Part shown: positions 49,138-62,765 of the stretch, piece by piece
Layout of the letters: each line of letters begins with the position of its first letter
How positions within the stretch are numbered: the first letter of the stretch is position 1
From: Yuukianura sp. NJ FZ-2021
Taxonomy: Eukaryota
Direction of reading: 5' to 3'
DNA: 64,000 bases
Assembly (NCBI GenBank): GCA_046563655.1
Contig: CM102284.1
Location: forward strand, 1,984,001 to 2,048,000
The notes under the pieces: generated by a model
What the model saw: only the letters and a program-made list of their open reading frames with translations
What the model was told of the DNA's origin: nothing
Databases searched by the model: none
Translations under genes and position numbers: made by a program

Positions 49138-51695
49138 TTAGTCGTCAACCGGAAGGATTGGTTTGCCCATTCCGTATCCATATTTTGCCGTGAGATGTTT
49201 CTTAATATTGGCATCTACCCTCCGAAAACAAGTATCCTTCCTAACTGCTTTCTGAAAATTAAAAATTAAAAAAAAAACACATAACGAAAAAATTTTCTTC
49301 GGCAATTTATCATTGCAGAACAGTTTTCACCTCTATTCGTAGAACCAGTGCGACTTCACCAGGCCAAGCAATCAAACTCGTCACTTGACCTTGAACTTTG
49401 CTTCCAACTCTGCCAGTTCTACCACACCGATGGACGTAATCCGAAATGAAGGCTGGGAAGTCATAGTTTATTACATGTCCAGTCTGAAACAAAACCAGAA
49501 ACGTTTTAGCAAGGTCAAAGATGATCGTTGGGTCAAAGGTTAACAAAGTACCTGAATTGTGTCAATTCCACGAGATCCAAGGTCGGTTGCCACCAATACA
49601 GGCACTTCTTGACTCAAAAATAATTTCAAATGTTCCTTTCGCTCTTTAGGTAACATGTGCTTGCTAAGTGGTATGCAGGCAATTCCATTTTCTTCGAGTG
49701 TATGGGATAACCATGTGCATGTATCAGCTTTGTTACTAAAAGAAAGACAACTCATAGAAACAAAACTTATTTTTCCGAAATACGTTTAAAAATTCTTAGA
49801 TTTATACGAAATGCTAAACTGTGAGAGTAATCTTACCAGAAAACGATTGTAGAAACTCCGTTATCTCTGTCCTCTTTGAGCATCTCAAGTATTTTCACTG
49901 GCTTTTCTAATTTCTTTACTCTCAGGAACGTTTGTGGAACGTGTTTCATTATCATATGCAGTCCAGGGGTGCTGATTGTGACGAGATTTGGTATCTAAGA
50001 GGATAAAACAGAAATAAGATTTGAGAACTTTTAAAAAATTTTGGTCAACACAGACAACTTACTGCCAATTTTTCGCTGAGTTCGGTATCCAAGGACTTGG
50101 GCATCGTAGCACTCACCAAACAAAGTTGAACTTTGTTCTCGTCTTTGCCCGCGAACTGTTCACAATAGAAAGATTGCATGAACTAAACATTATCCTAACC
50201 TTACAAGCAACAGTGTTTGGACTAGTGGAATACTATAAATATTATTAATAAATATAATTAATACTGATTATTAATATAACTCACTAAGAATGGGGATATG
50301 AATTTAAGCACATCATCACAAAAACTGTCATCGGTAAGAGTGTCGGCTTCGTCCAGAATGATTGTCCGTACTCTGCTCATGGAGTAAACTTCGTACTTGG
50401 TTAACTCTGAGAGGACGTTGACGGTGGACACGATGAGATCAACAGGAGTTGATGGTGGATTCTTGACCTTTGACCCGATGTTTCCTCCTTGTACAAGTTT
50501 CACCTTGATGTCAAACTTCTTTCCCAGATCTTCAGCGACATTCTACGCAAACACTCAGTTATTAGAATGTGTAACACATTTCAGGAAGTATTTCATTAAG
50601 TTTCATCTGACAATTGACATACGGCGACTTGATCTGCCAACTCTCTGGAGGGAACCAGAACGAGAGCCAGTGGAGCTCCGCTCGTTTCTTGGTAATTTCT
50701 TCGTCGCTTGGTGTCCAGGATTTGTTGAAAGATGGGGAGGAGATAGGCCAAGGTTTTCCCACATCCTGTCTCAGCAGAGAGCATGCAACTTAAACCTTTG
50801 AGGAGTTTTGGAATTGCCGTAGCCTAGGAATAGAGAATAGAAAGGAGATGTAGGTCTTTAATATTCTATCCAATCCAAATATTAAATTAGGAAAATAAAG
50901 AACGATTTTTGTTGATATATGTTTTCCAGTGCTCACTTGTATAACTGTTGGCTGCCGAATTCCTTTCTGCTCCAATACTTCGACTATACTTGGGATGAGA
51001 CCCAAGTCGTTAAACGTCTTTTCGTCCTCCAAATCTGGCAGGGCAGCGTTCTGAAAAACAGTCAATACTATCTGGGTAGAAGCAGCCAAATGTCTCTAAC
51101 TTCGCGAACAGTTCGTTGTATTTTTTATTAATATGTTAATATGTAACAACATACCTTTCCGTGCGCGTGTATTTTGAAGTGGTCGTGGGCTGCACCGGCC
51201 TTGCGATGGGCCCACCCCTTCGAAACGAGAGGAACATCTTCGTTGGATCCATAGCTCTGACCGTGGTAATGATTTAGTTCAGGATGCCTCGCACTAATCA
51301 CGACTGTCTGAAAATTCAATGAACGTAATGGTTAGGTAAGTTTAGGGTTAGCATTAGCTTCCCGCAAAAGATGTTAGTACAAACATCTTTTACTAGAAAA
51401 CATCATCACAACTAAAAAACCTAGTTACCTTAGAACCCTTCCTCGAGGCTTGAATCATGCGCTTTCGCAGTTCGTATTTGCTTCTGTCCCGAATAGCTTT
51501 CTGCTCCAGTCGTTTCTCTAATCGCAGTGGGACGGAGATCACTGAATTCTTTTTCGTTCCTGCGTTGGATTCATTGTCTCGGTATGAGAATCCTGCTGCG
51601 GCTGCGCCATAACTCCGTCCTATGAAGTTGCTTAATTGAAACACCGGTGATACAGGTGATCGTGCAAGGAAACATCGATTGAGCAGTCGGAGCAT
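49138..51695 (-). CDS. DDX28: Mitochondrial DEAD-box RNA helicase DDX28
   Basis: Transit-like N-terminus (MLRLLNRC), PLVSKGWAHRK, AETGCGKTLAYLLP, LVPSRELADQ, LDEADT, ATDLGSRGID, YVHRCGRTGRVG, C-terminal VDANIK. Confidence 0.85.
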
Positions 51696-52351
51696 TCTAA
51701 TAACAAAACAACGGGCAGTTGCAGTAAGAATTAAAGCAGTGAATGAAACGAATAGTCTCTGTTGGTTTCTTAAACCTATCAATAATGGGCAAGACGCTAG
51801 AGTAATACCTTCTCTGTTATATCTGTTTATGCTAATGACAACACTTACCTGGTGTACAAATTCTGAACACCAATCAATGCTCCTTCTGTTATTGGATTGG
51901 AGTTTAACTAAACGGTTCTTGATTGATGTCACTTTTAAAGTACTTAACTATTCTTCCTAAGCCGACTTTACAAATTTAATTTAATACATGATGCAAGTTG
52001 TAGTTTGGGAAAACAAAAAAAAAAGTCAGTTGTTTCCGTAATTAATAGTTGCGTTAACGCTAAATTACACCCAGTGTATCCACCAAATCGAATATGTACC
52101 ACAACCTCGACCCATCATGTAGCGAGATAATCTGATGAATCCGTTATCCGTGTATTAGGGAGACCTGTCAGCTGTGTTTGTATGCATTTCACAATAATCA
52201 CAGCTGAGCTGTATAGTTGTTGGTAACTAATCGTAAGTAATGACCAATTAATTAGTACTGTGATCAGTAGATGGTAGAGGTTAGTTATCATAATAACAAT
52301 AATAGGTTTCTCTAGTAGATTGATTCATAACTATTAATATTGCTAGCTGCT

Positions 52352-53486
<1,135 letters not shown>

Positions 53487-53820
53487 CAGTTGCAGTAATC
53501 GTCAAAACTTTTCACTCTCATATGTTATTTTTTGAATACCTTTACAAAAAATCGCTATTTTCAAAATTCAATTCAAAACCAAAAGCTAGTCGGCGAATAG
53601 ATTCGACGATTGTAACTTAATACATTAATTGATTTATTCAAAGCAATTTTTCAGTGGTGATAAGATAATTTAGATCTCGAAGTTGTTTTCATCACGTTTA
53701 CAGCTACCAAGTGGAAATTGGAGGGAGAAACTACAGTAACTTCTTGCTCGTTTAGTAGTACTGTATGTAGAATGAACAAAAACATGATTTGCAACGTTGA
53801 ACTAAACTTCACATTCCGTT

Positions 53821-55327
53821 TTACCCCATCGTGAGGACAATGTCGATGGTGTAGCCGAAGATAGCTCGATTGACTTTGGGCAATATTCCTTTGTCCACGT
53901 AAAATATTCTACCAGAATACAATCTGCACTCCTGCAAAGATCTACAAATGCGCCTCACTCCTGGGTCGTTTGCTTCCGGAATGCTCTTTAGTGATTGGAT
54001 GAATCGGCTTGACTCAGCATTGACAGTGGCCATGAGGTATAACGCAGCATTTCCGAATAACAACAAAAGAAAGTCAAACAAAAAAATCATTGCGCCGCCC
54101 AAGGAGAATGGTAGAGTTACCACAGCGGCAAAGCCAGTGCTGCAAGCAGCAACAATTGTGAGTATCGTTAAGAAAGCAAGTGGTGCGAAACCTTCATTCA
54201 TTAGGTTGAAAAAGATTTTCGCCGCCATGTAGGCATGGAGAGCCGAAGTTAGCTGATCTCCGCCTGACCTTGCCTGCTCCACCCACTTCCCCCTCGGGGA
54301 GAGCCACACACTAGCATAGACTAGAAAGTAGTAGCCGCAAGTACCGTACATGAGCCATTTGTGGACACAAATAGGAAATATAACGATAATCCAAACTACG
54401 GCGAAGGCTGAGAGAACGTTGACTTCGAAGGTATGAAGTTCAGGGTCAGCAAAAGTAGAGACGATGTAAACAAACAGATTTTTTACGTCTTGAAAGCAGA
54501 TCACATGACCAAACAGTGTTATGCAGACAGCTACGAAATGTGCGGTCCAGAAAAAGATTTTTGCGAAGTGAATTTCCTCGTTTACGAGCTTGCTGTTTGA
54601 TGTGAACCGGTTGTCTAAATGTTAGAGTTAAAACATAAATTAAACAATGTTGAGATTACTGCATGGGTGCACTGTGCAATGTTCCTAGTTTCGGTCACTG
54701 GATGTTTCGATTGTCCGTCCGAAAATGATATTTTGACGTTGATTTTGATGTTGGACCAACCCCGTACGGTAGACAGAAATGACAGAATCTAATTTTAACA
54801 TTATAGGACGCTCGGTAAATTTCAAAAATTGGGGTATGGCTGATTTTCCACTCAGCACATGCATGTATTATGCATTTTGGTCGGAGATCTCGGTCGTTTG
54901 AACCGTTTCGAACATTGCAAATCAAAATTTGAAAAGGTGACCGAAACTGGGAAGACTGGTTGAGACTCTGACCTGTGTGGTTTTTCAACAGAAAAACAAA
55001 GGAGTTCAATAGTTGACCTAGGATTTGTCCGTGAGCTAGTGAAGTGTAGTCGAGACACACGTTCTGTACAGCACCAGCCACTAAAAAGGCGACTATTAAC
55101 GTAAATGGCACGCTGAGAGCTGCTGCACTATTCAAAACTAAAATTGAAACGCCAAGACACAAATTGGTGACGTCGATTAGCAGAATCACGCGAGACAGGA
55201 TGGCATAGGAGCGTGACCTGTCAAAGTCAAACTTCTGCCTCTTCGAATTCCAAATCAACGGGCACTGGAACGTGGAGTGCGCCAAACGAACCGTTTTCAA
55301 AAAGTATTTCAACCTGTCCAACAACAT
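53821..55327 (-). CDS. Divergent GR-like chemoreceptor (exons ~55327-54973, 54614-53821)
   Basis: Multi-TM, joined in frame by a phase-1 intron; C-terminus 'CRSLQECRLYSGRIFYVDKGILPKVNRAIFGYTIDIVLT'. Confidence 0.6.
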
Positions 55328-57084
55328 TTTTTGTCGTTTTTTCAAAATTGGGTTGCATCTTTTCTTATTATTTTTAGTCTTTGCGTTTTCTTTTGGGTTT
55401 TTTGACATCCCGACCTGAATTATAAGCTAAAGTTTAGCTTACTTTTAACTTCAGTATGCAACTGATAGAACGAATGGCGTATGAACTTTTGCTGAGAATT
55501 ACTGTCGCGTTTTAGAACAATTTATGTCTTGGCTTGATATTATATAGCAATTTTAAGAACAATTCTTTTTTTTATGTTTTTTCAAAAAGCTTTGTAAGAT
55601 AAAAAGACGAGTGGATAGATGGAAAGCTGGTAAATTATTTTTTAGATTGACGGCATACACAACAGCTTTTTATTTTCCGAAGTTTTCTATGACAGTAAGT
55701 GACCCAATATTCATAAATTTTTTAAAATTTTAAAATTTATGAGCATTTGATGGGAAGGGCATAAACTCGTATTCCAAAAATATTCCTAAACTTCGGCCAA
55801 TCGTAAAATGATTTTTTTTTATTTCTCCCCAAAAAGAAAATGAAACGGAACGGAGATATAGAAATGCAGCAGACTGGCGCTGAGTTGGACTTTAGTTACC
55901 CTTGAAGCTGTTTTAGGTACTACTTAAAAATATGTGATATAGTTCAAATTTTCATTAATTTCGTAATTTTGAAAGGTGCTTATGCTTAAGGATGCTTATG
56001 ATGCTAGTAGTAAAAAGTTTAATTTTTTTTAACTGAAAAACGATTTATTTTATAAATTATTTTTAAAAGTCTTCCGCCTATAGGATGATTAAGATTAAGA
56101 TTATTTTTCATTTCATTTGTTACATTCTCGCACAAATCTTTTTATTCCAAAATGTTTTACAAGGTTACTCTATTATAAATTCAAAGTAGAATTTAGCATC
56201 CTTAATGCAATTTTTACTTTGTGAATGGTTGTGTTTGTTCTAGGAATCCTAACAATATTGTTTCAGTTAGAATTCTGAAAAGCCGCCGGATTAAAATTTG
56301 TGTGTATTCTGCAAATGCATCGGTTCAAGATTTATCCACAATTTTTGCAAATCTTTTTGAAAAAACAAACAACTTACTTAAAAAAGGAGTAGAGGACCAA
56401 AAAAATGAGTCATTTTCTGTATAGCATCATGCATTTTCCAATATAAGCACACATCTTCATTTGGGTGGGTGCATGAAATCATCTGTTTGTTAAGGGAGAG
56501 AAGCCGGATAGTACTAAAAACGTTTATTCTCGAAAACGTAATCACAGAAAAGTTTCGTTTTTTTTTTGAAATTTTTGTATAAATATAAAAGCTAACTTCC
56601 TTTTGCGTTTTTGCAGTCAGACAATGGAGTTGGAATTGTAAACTAGGAAACGGTGAATCCGTTTGACATTGAAGCAGCAAGTGACTTGGTCAGGTCATGC
56701 ATATTAGCTCAAAATACAGGTAACAATTTTTTTATACAAAGCTTTGATATCTCCGGTTTACATCACATTAGGAGCAGGTCGCTCCACAAACAGACAAACA
56801 AAGTAAATGTGGATTTAATTTAATGAAGACTCTCTTTTCGAGGTTTCTAACGTAAAGGCAAACGTTAGAGGAGTTTACACATAAAATAAAATGATTTTGT
56901 CTTTTTATATGCATATTTCCACATTCTTTTGAAATTTTTATATACAAAACTTATTTCCAAATTCTTTCGAAATTATTATATACAAAATTTTTAAATTCAA
57001 TTCTTGCAGTTAACATTTGTTTTTTGTTTTTGTTTTTTTTTCAGAAAACGTGATTATTTTGGCCAATTAAAGACTGAGGTAGCA

Positions 57085-60000
57085 ATGGAATCGTCTGGAA
57101 CGGAGTTCAAGCTGTACGGAGTTTCGTCCAACTTCACCCAAGGTCCTCCGGTAACTCAATTTGAAAATTTTGGAGATTTTGAAAACGACGCTTCTTCCCT
57201 CAAGATCAAAGGGATTGACATTTGCGATGTACAATTGGATGCTGATCTGTTTACAAACAAATTAAACCAAATCGACACTTCTGAATTGGAAGAAATTCGC
57301 CTCACGAAAGTTTCTTACACGAAGAAATTCAAGCCCGTGTTTCTCCCTGCGCTGCGCAAGTTTTTCTTCAAATCGAAGACGTTTCAAGACGAAGTTTTTG
57401 AAACCACCTCCATCTTCTTTTTTCAAAAAATTCAAAATGAATCTTGGCGCCGAAGTGACATTGGATCTCTGGGAGTTGACATTACTTTCCAGATTGAAGA
57501 TGCTCTTGTATTTGAAATTGATCATGCCCAGAAGTCTTTGTTTGTAGCTCTGGAAGTTGTGCAGGCGCAGGAAATTGTCAAGAACTGTTCAATGTTAATT
57601 GAGCATTTAGGATTACATGTCATGCCTATAGGAGGGCGTAGACAAGAAGAAATACAAAAGCTGGATTTGAGTATTATTCCACGAAATTTGAAATGTTTGG
57701 AACTTCATTTCGAAGACAACGACTGGAATAGAACTCAAAACTTTTTAGCTGAAAATTTTGCAGATCTGGAAGAATTCATTTACAAACCGAGAGGCCTTTA
57801 TGCCGAGCCATTTGCCATCGCCCTTCAAAAACTGCCGCCAAAACTCAAAAAACTGTGCCTTTATCGCTGTACGGTCTCAGTTGACCCCAATTTTGAATCG
57901 GAAGTATTCGACGTAGTAACTCTTTTTGACACTGTTATTGAAGAACCATATTTGAAATTCCGTGCCAAACATTTAAATATTTTGTGTTACTGCAGAAGTG
58001 ACATGACCTTAAACAGTTTGGATACATTTTTGAATTCAAGTGAACCCGAATTCGTCTTTTTCGAGCCACGAGTGATTGGCCGAAATTCTAAACCAAACTC
58101 TTCCTATGTTTCTGTATGTGCTTTGACAGAAAATGAACAAATGCGGCTAGATGAGGCGGGAAATTTAAAACTTCCGGAACACGGAATTGTGTTTACACGT
58201 GTAAATAAAGAAGAGCCGTCCAAGTGGGTAGCTCGGCGCGAATTTGTGGAAGAGCGGGACTTTTTGATCCAAAAATTTAGTGGAGTTCCCATAGGTGGTG
58301 GAGGGCATTGCAGTACGATTGACTTCGAACATGGTTTGATTGGACATGAAAGCTTCTGCTTTGTTATACCCCCAAGGTCATTCCAACGCAGAACCAACAG
58401 AGCTCCACCCCCTCCTGTCTTCCGTTATCCGTTTTCCCGCCAAGCACATCTCATCAGACAACTTCATCTGGAAGAAGTAAAGATTCAAAATGATGATGAT
58501 CTTCGCCTGGCTGAATTGGAACTTTTAGAATTCATTACACTCAAAAACTGCGTCTGCACATGCGTTGATCGCAACGCGCAGAGTTGGACTCCCGAAGTAC
58601 ATCCACGAGTGCTGGACGGATTTGCTTTGAATCATCTGAAAAATATCAAGAAGTTGAGAGGTCTTACGGTAATTGGAACTAGGCTAGAACCTAAGTACCC
58701 AGAGCAGACTAGCCCATTGGTTAACGTTCTGGACTTTCTGATGATCGACGGGGGTTCGAGTCATGGTGACGGTGATAAAGATAAAATCGGAAAAAGATTT
58801 AACATTGGAAATTTCAATGCCAAGCAAGTTGTAGTCCTCGGTATGACTGTTAGTAACGACTGGATGGAAGGAATTTTGAAAATGCCGGCACTGGAGTTGG
58901 CCTTGATTGGCAACGTTGAACGTCATACCAATTCACGCGATGTTGAAAATTTTCTGGAAGTTGCAGGTTTGGAATGCTGGGAACCCAGTTTCATTTTGCA
59001 AAAATTCTTAGAAAATGGCGCGGCGCAGTCGCAGTGGAAAGGAAAGTATATGCAGGATGCTACAAAATTTGGCTGTGTGGCGGAGGAATTCAAATTTCTG
59101 AAGTCGGAATTCAACTTTTTCGAAAACACTGTGAAAACTTTTCAAAATTCTGAAGAGTATCTGCATGATCGACATCCCGAAGCCGTAGCTGTCAACTTTG
59201 AGTTACAAAATTTAAATGCCTCAGGACATTTATATGATTCCTTTGTAAATCCGAGACAAAACAAACCGGAACTGAAACCGGAAGAAACTTTCGACCGGGT
59301 TTCGATGTCGTTGAAGCACAGAGGAATTTATGTACAGCCGAAAACCCGAAATGATAGACGCTATGGTGTGAACTACTCCGATTTTGACGGTTTTTCAGAC
59401 ACTGCAACGCGGGAGCCAATCAAAATCCTTAAATTTGAACAAACTACTCTATTACCACAACAGATCACAAGAGCATTCGGATTAGTAAATCTCCAAGCCT
59501 TGACGGAACTTCATCTTACCGATGTCATCATTAATGAAGAAATGCCCCAACTTGACCTCACGCATCTCAAGGTCATTGACCTCTCTCTGCAGTCTGTTGA
59601 TTCAAAAGTGCTCGAAAATGAGACAAACTTTGTCAATTTTTTGTCCCGTTTTGTCTCACTGTCTCCAGAAACTTTAAAGCTGTCTAGTTTGTTACGGTGG
59701 AAATTGGATAAAATTTCTTTACAAGTGGACCACCAAAAGTACTTGGAAATTGACCACCTTGTAGGCAAACTTCATCTAGCCAAGTTATCATTTTTGAGCA
59801 AAGTGTTTGACCCAGAGGTCAAACTTCGCACACTCGTGCTCAACTGCATCGGTGACCTTGACCTCAGCAGGATCAACAAAACAAGTTTGGAAATTTTGAG
59901 TATCCAGAACGACGGAGTTTGTGATTGGGAAGAAGTTGAAGAGGGACTCCAAGGAATGTCGAATCTTGTGGAATTCTACTTTTACCGCAAACCGTTCGGC

Positions 60001-61528
60001 AAGAAAATGCAAGTTCGGCTGGACAGAATTCCATCTTCGGTGAAATATCTCTGTCTGTCCCATGTTGCATTTTCGGCTTCTATTCCTGCACAACCTTTGA
60101 CTCTTCAGCATTTAGTTCTTCTGGAAGTTTCTCTACCGCCGACCATCTTCGCTTCGTTTCCAAAGTATTTCAATCCGAAAAAACTTGTCGTTCATGTGAC
60201 AAACAGCCGACAGTATGGGCGCAGCCCAACCGACGTACCGAACTTGGACTTCGTCCATGCCGTGACAAGTTTTTGTGAAACCGAATGGTTGTACTTGTCA
60301 GCATTTGAGGAAACTGGATCTCCCGATGTTGAATCCAAAGTGGAAGCATTTCTGCGCAAGGCATTGGTGCCAAAACCAGAAGTCCAGGAGTGGAGACATA
60401 ACAGCACACCTCTGGTACTGGAACGACGCGGAAATCGCTGGAGAAACTGTGAAATTCAGGAAACCAGCATCAGCCGGATGATGGATCGGTGTTGGATATT
60501 TGAAGGGTTTCTGCTTGGGAGGAACTGTGATCAAAATTTGTTCAAGAACAAACTGGTTCACTTTGATGGTTTTGGGCCAGAGGTCACCCGAGTTCGGTCC
60601 ATTGACATATGTGGAGTCATCGTCGACGCAGACTTTCTGCGCAGTGAGCTGCAGAGAGTAGGCACATGCGCAATAGAAAACGTTTCGTTCCACCGAGTGA
60701 CTTTTCTTGGCACACCGCTCGAAATGGGTGAAATTCCTTTTCCGAATTTGAAACACTTTAAAATCAAAAATTGCAGCTTCGGAACAAATCACGTCAGCTA
60801 CGAACTTTGCTGGGATGACGTTAAAACTAAACTGTGGTTTCGGAGAAATTCGGACTCGTTTGGTGACTTTCGGCTCCGAGACCTCTGGACTCTTGGCGTC
60901 CATGTGATAGTTGATGGTCTCGAGGTGTGTCCAACTGAGAACAAGGTACTATTAGACTAACTTCAATTAAATAATTAATGTACGTTATGAAATTATGATA
61001 ATTACTATATTTTATAAAATTACATTGATATGGTTTAATTTTTTGCTGAACACTATACAGCTACTCACGAAGCTGGACGATGGAAACAGCCTGGTCATCA
61101 ATGCTGTAGGACTGAAAAGCTTGACATTTGAGTCACATTCGGTTAAACCCGTGACCTTTCCGTTGACCTTAACTTATCTCTCTGTTGACACTCCAATGTC
61201 CTGGAAGGAACTTATGACCAAGTTGGCTGATCATCAAAATCTAATTGAGTTGCATTTTGGAACGGAAGGTTACTGTACTGGCCGGCCAAAAGACGTTGAG
61301 ATTGGTAAACTCCCACCAAATTTAAAAGTGCTAAAACTCTCTAACGCTACAGTTACGTTCTGCGTAACTGCAGAAGCAACATTCCGCTTCCCACAGCCAA
61401 AAACACTGGAATCCCTGAGTTTTGAATTTTGTACTCTCCCTCAACCCAATTTTGCAAGCAAATGTTCCCAAATGTTTGACCTTCCTAGTATTAATTTCAA
61501 AAAAGTTGAACCTTATCAACCTTCCTAA
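57085..61528 (+). CDS. Large internally repeated LRR-like protein of unknown function (exons 57085-60945, 61061-61528; possible micro-exon 56698-56719)
   Basis: A 3.9-kb open frame plus an in-frame phase-0 spliced terminal exon. Many LxxLxL motifs; no signal peptide or TM. Confidence 0.75.
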
Positions 61529-61693
61529 ATGTCGAAAATGTGTTTTGAAAAACCCCTCAAAATATTTACTTAATTAACATTAAGGGCATGGGAAAATCAA
61601 TAAATATTTAGTAATGAAAAAGCCCAAAATATTGATTTTGTTAGCATTACAGGCATGGGAACTAAATATTTTTGGCATAGATAAGTCCATATA

Positions 61694-62431
61694 CAGTGAG
61701 TGCCACGAAAACCTGCACACCTCCACAGTAATTATTTTGTTTATTTTGCGAAATCTGGGGGAAAACATGTTGCACAAAACAACCTAACAAAATCCTGTGT
61801 CTACTCACTTTATAAAGTTTATAGAATATAAATATAAAATATAGAATGGAATGCTCCATATTCTATATTTTGCGATTATGAGAAATAAAGAAAAGTCCTA
61901 TATTTCGATTAGAAATATAGAATACAGGAAGAAAAATTCGCTGATTGGCAAAACTGACTTGTGCGCACCAACTGCGCACCAACTGCGCACTAACTGCGCA
62001 CTAACTGCGCACCAACTGCGCACCATCTGCGCACCATCTGCGCACTAACTGCGCACTAACTGCGCACAAATAGCGCACCAACTGCGCACTAACTGCGCAC
62101 AAACTGCGCACAAACTGCGCACCAACTGCGCACCAACTGCGCGCCAACTGCGCACCAACTGCGCACTAACTGCGCACTAACTGCGCATAAACTGCGCACA
62201 TAAACAATTTTCCAATTTGACATGTTGTTGAATTTAACAACAGTTTAATTTTCTTCGTGCAAGCTGTGCAATAAGTTCCGTATTTCATATTTCCGCTTTG
62301 TATTTCGGTTTGAAATTACTCTATAATTCGAATTCTCAACTCAGGTTGTGTAGGAACAGGATTTCCTCCATAGTTTGAGTTGTTACCATGGAAACAAATT
62401 TAGGGTGTGCAGGTTTTCGTGGCACTCTATA
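61694..62431. mobile_element. ~740-bp TIR element (MITE-like) containing a minisatellite
   Basis: 24-bp perfect inverted repeat GAGTGCCACGAAAACCTGCACACC (61698-61721 / 62404-62427); left end TA|CAGTG. Confidence 0.75.
61960..62200. repeat. 11-bp minisatellite (AACTGCGCACY)n, ~21 units
   Basis: Direct reading. Confidence 0.95.
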
Positions 62432-62765
62432 ATTGTACAGGCATGCTACCCCATTTTTTTTAACATAAGAGTAGCAGCCTTGCGTGACCAGAAGCTCAAT
62501 TACGACAATTTTGCTAAACGTTGCATTTCCCTTGAAAATTGGGCTACAAAGTTTTGGTGAAATATCAGGCTGGAAATTGGAAATAGTTGTTTTCAGTTGA
62601 ACGTTGAACAAACGGGATTTTATGCGCGTGCATAAAAATGTTGTTTTTGTAAAAAGTCAATTAAAATTGTTATTTTGGAGTCTAGTTGTATACCTATGGC
62701 GTTGTATTTTGGTTGGAATGTTTCTTGTGTCAGTTAACTAAGTTTAAACCAAAGTAGGCTAAAAA

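Noticed and set aside
51696-51932. N-terminal extension of DDX28 suggested by the ORF track
   Set aside because: Non-ATG start and it spans a probable 5'UTR intron; the ATG at 51695 gives a transit-peptide-like start.
57262-60903. Minus-strand ORFs within the large LRR-like gene
   Set aside because: Antisense shadows of a long coding frame with no motifs.
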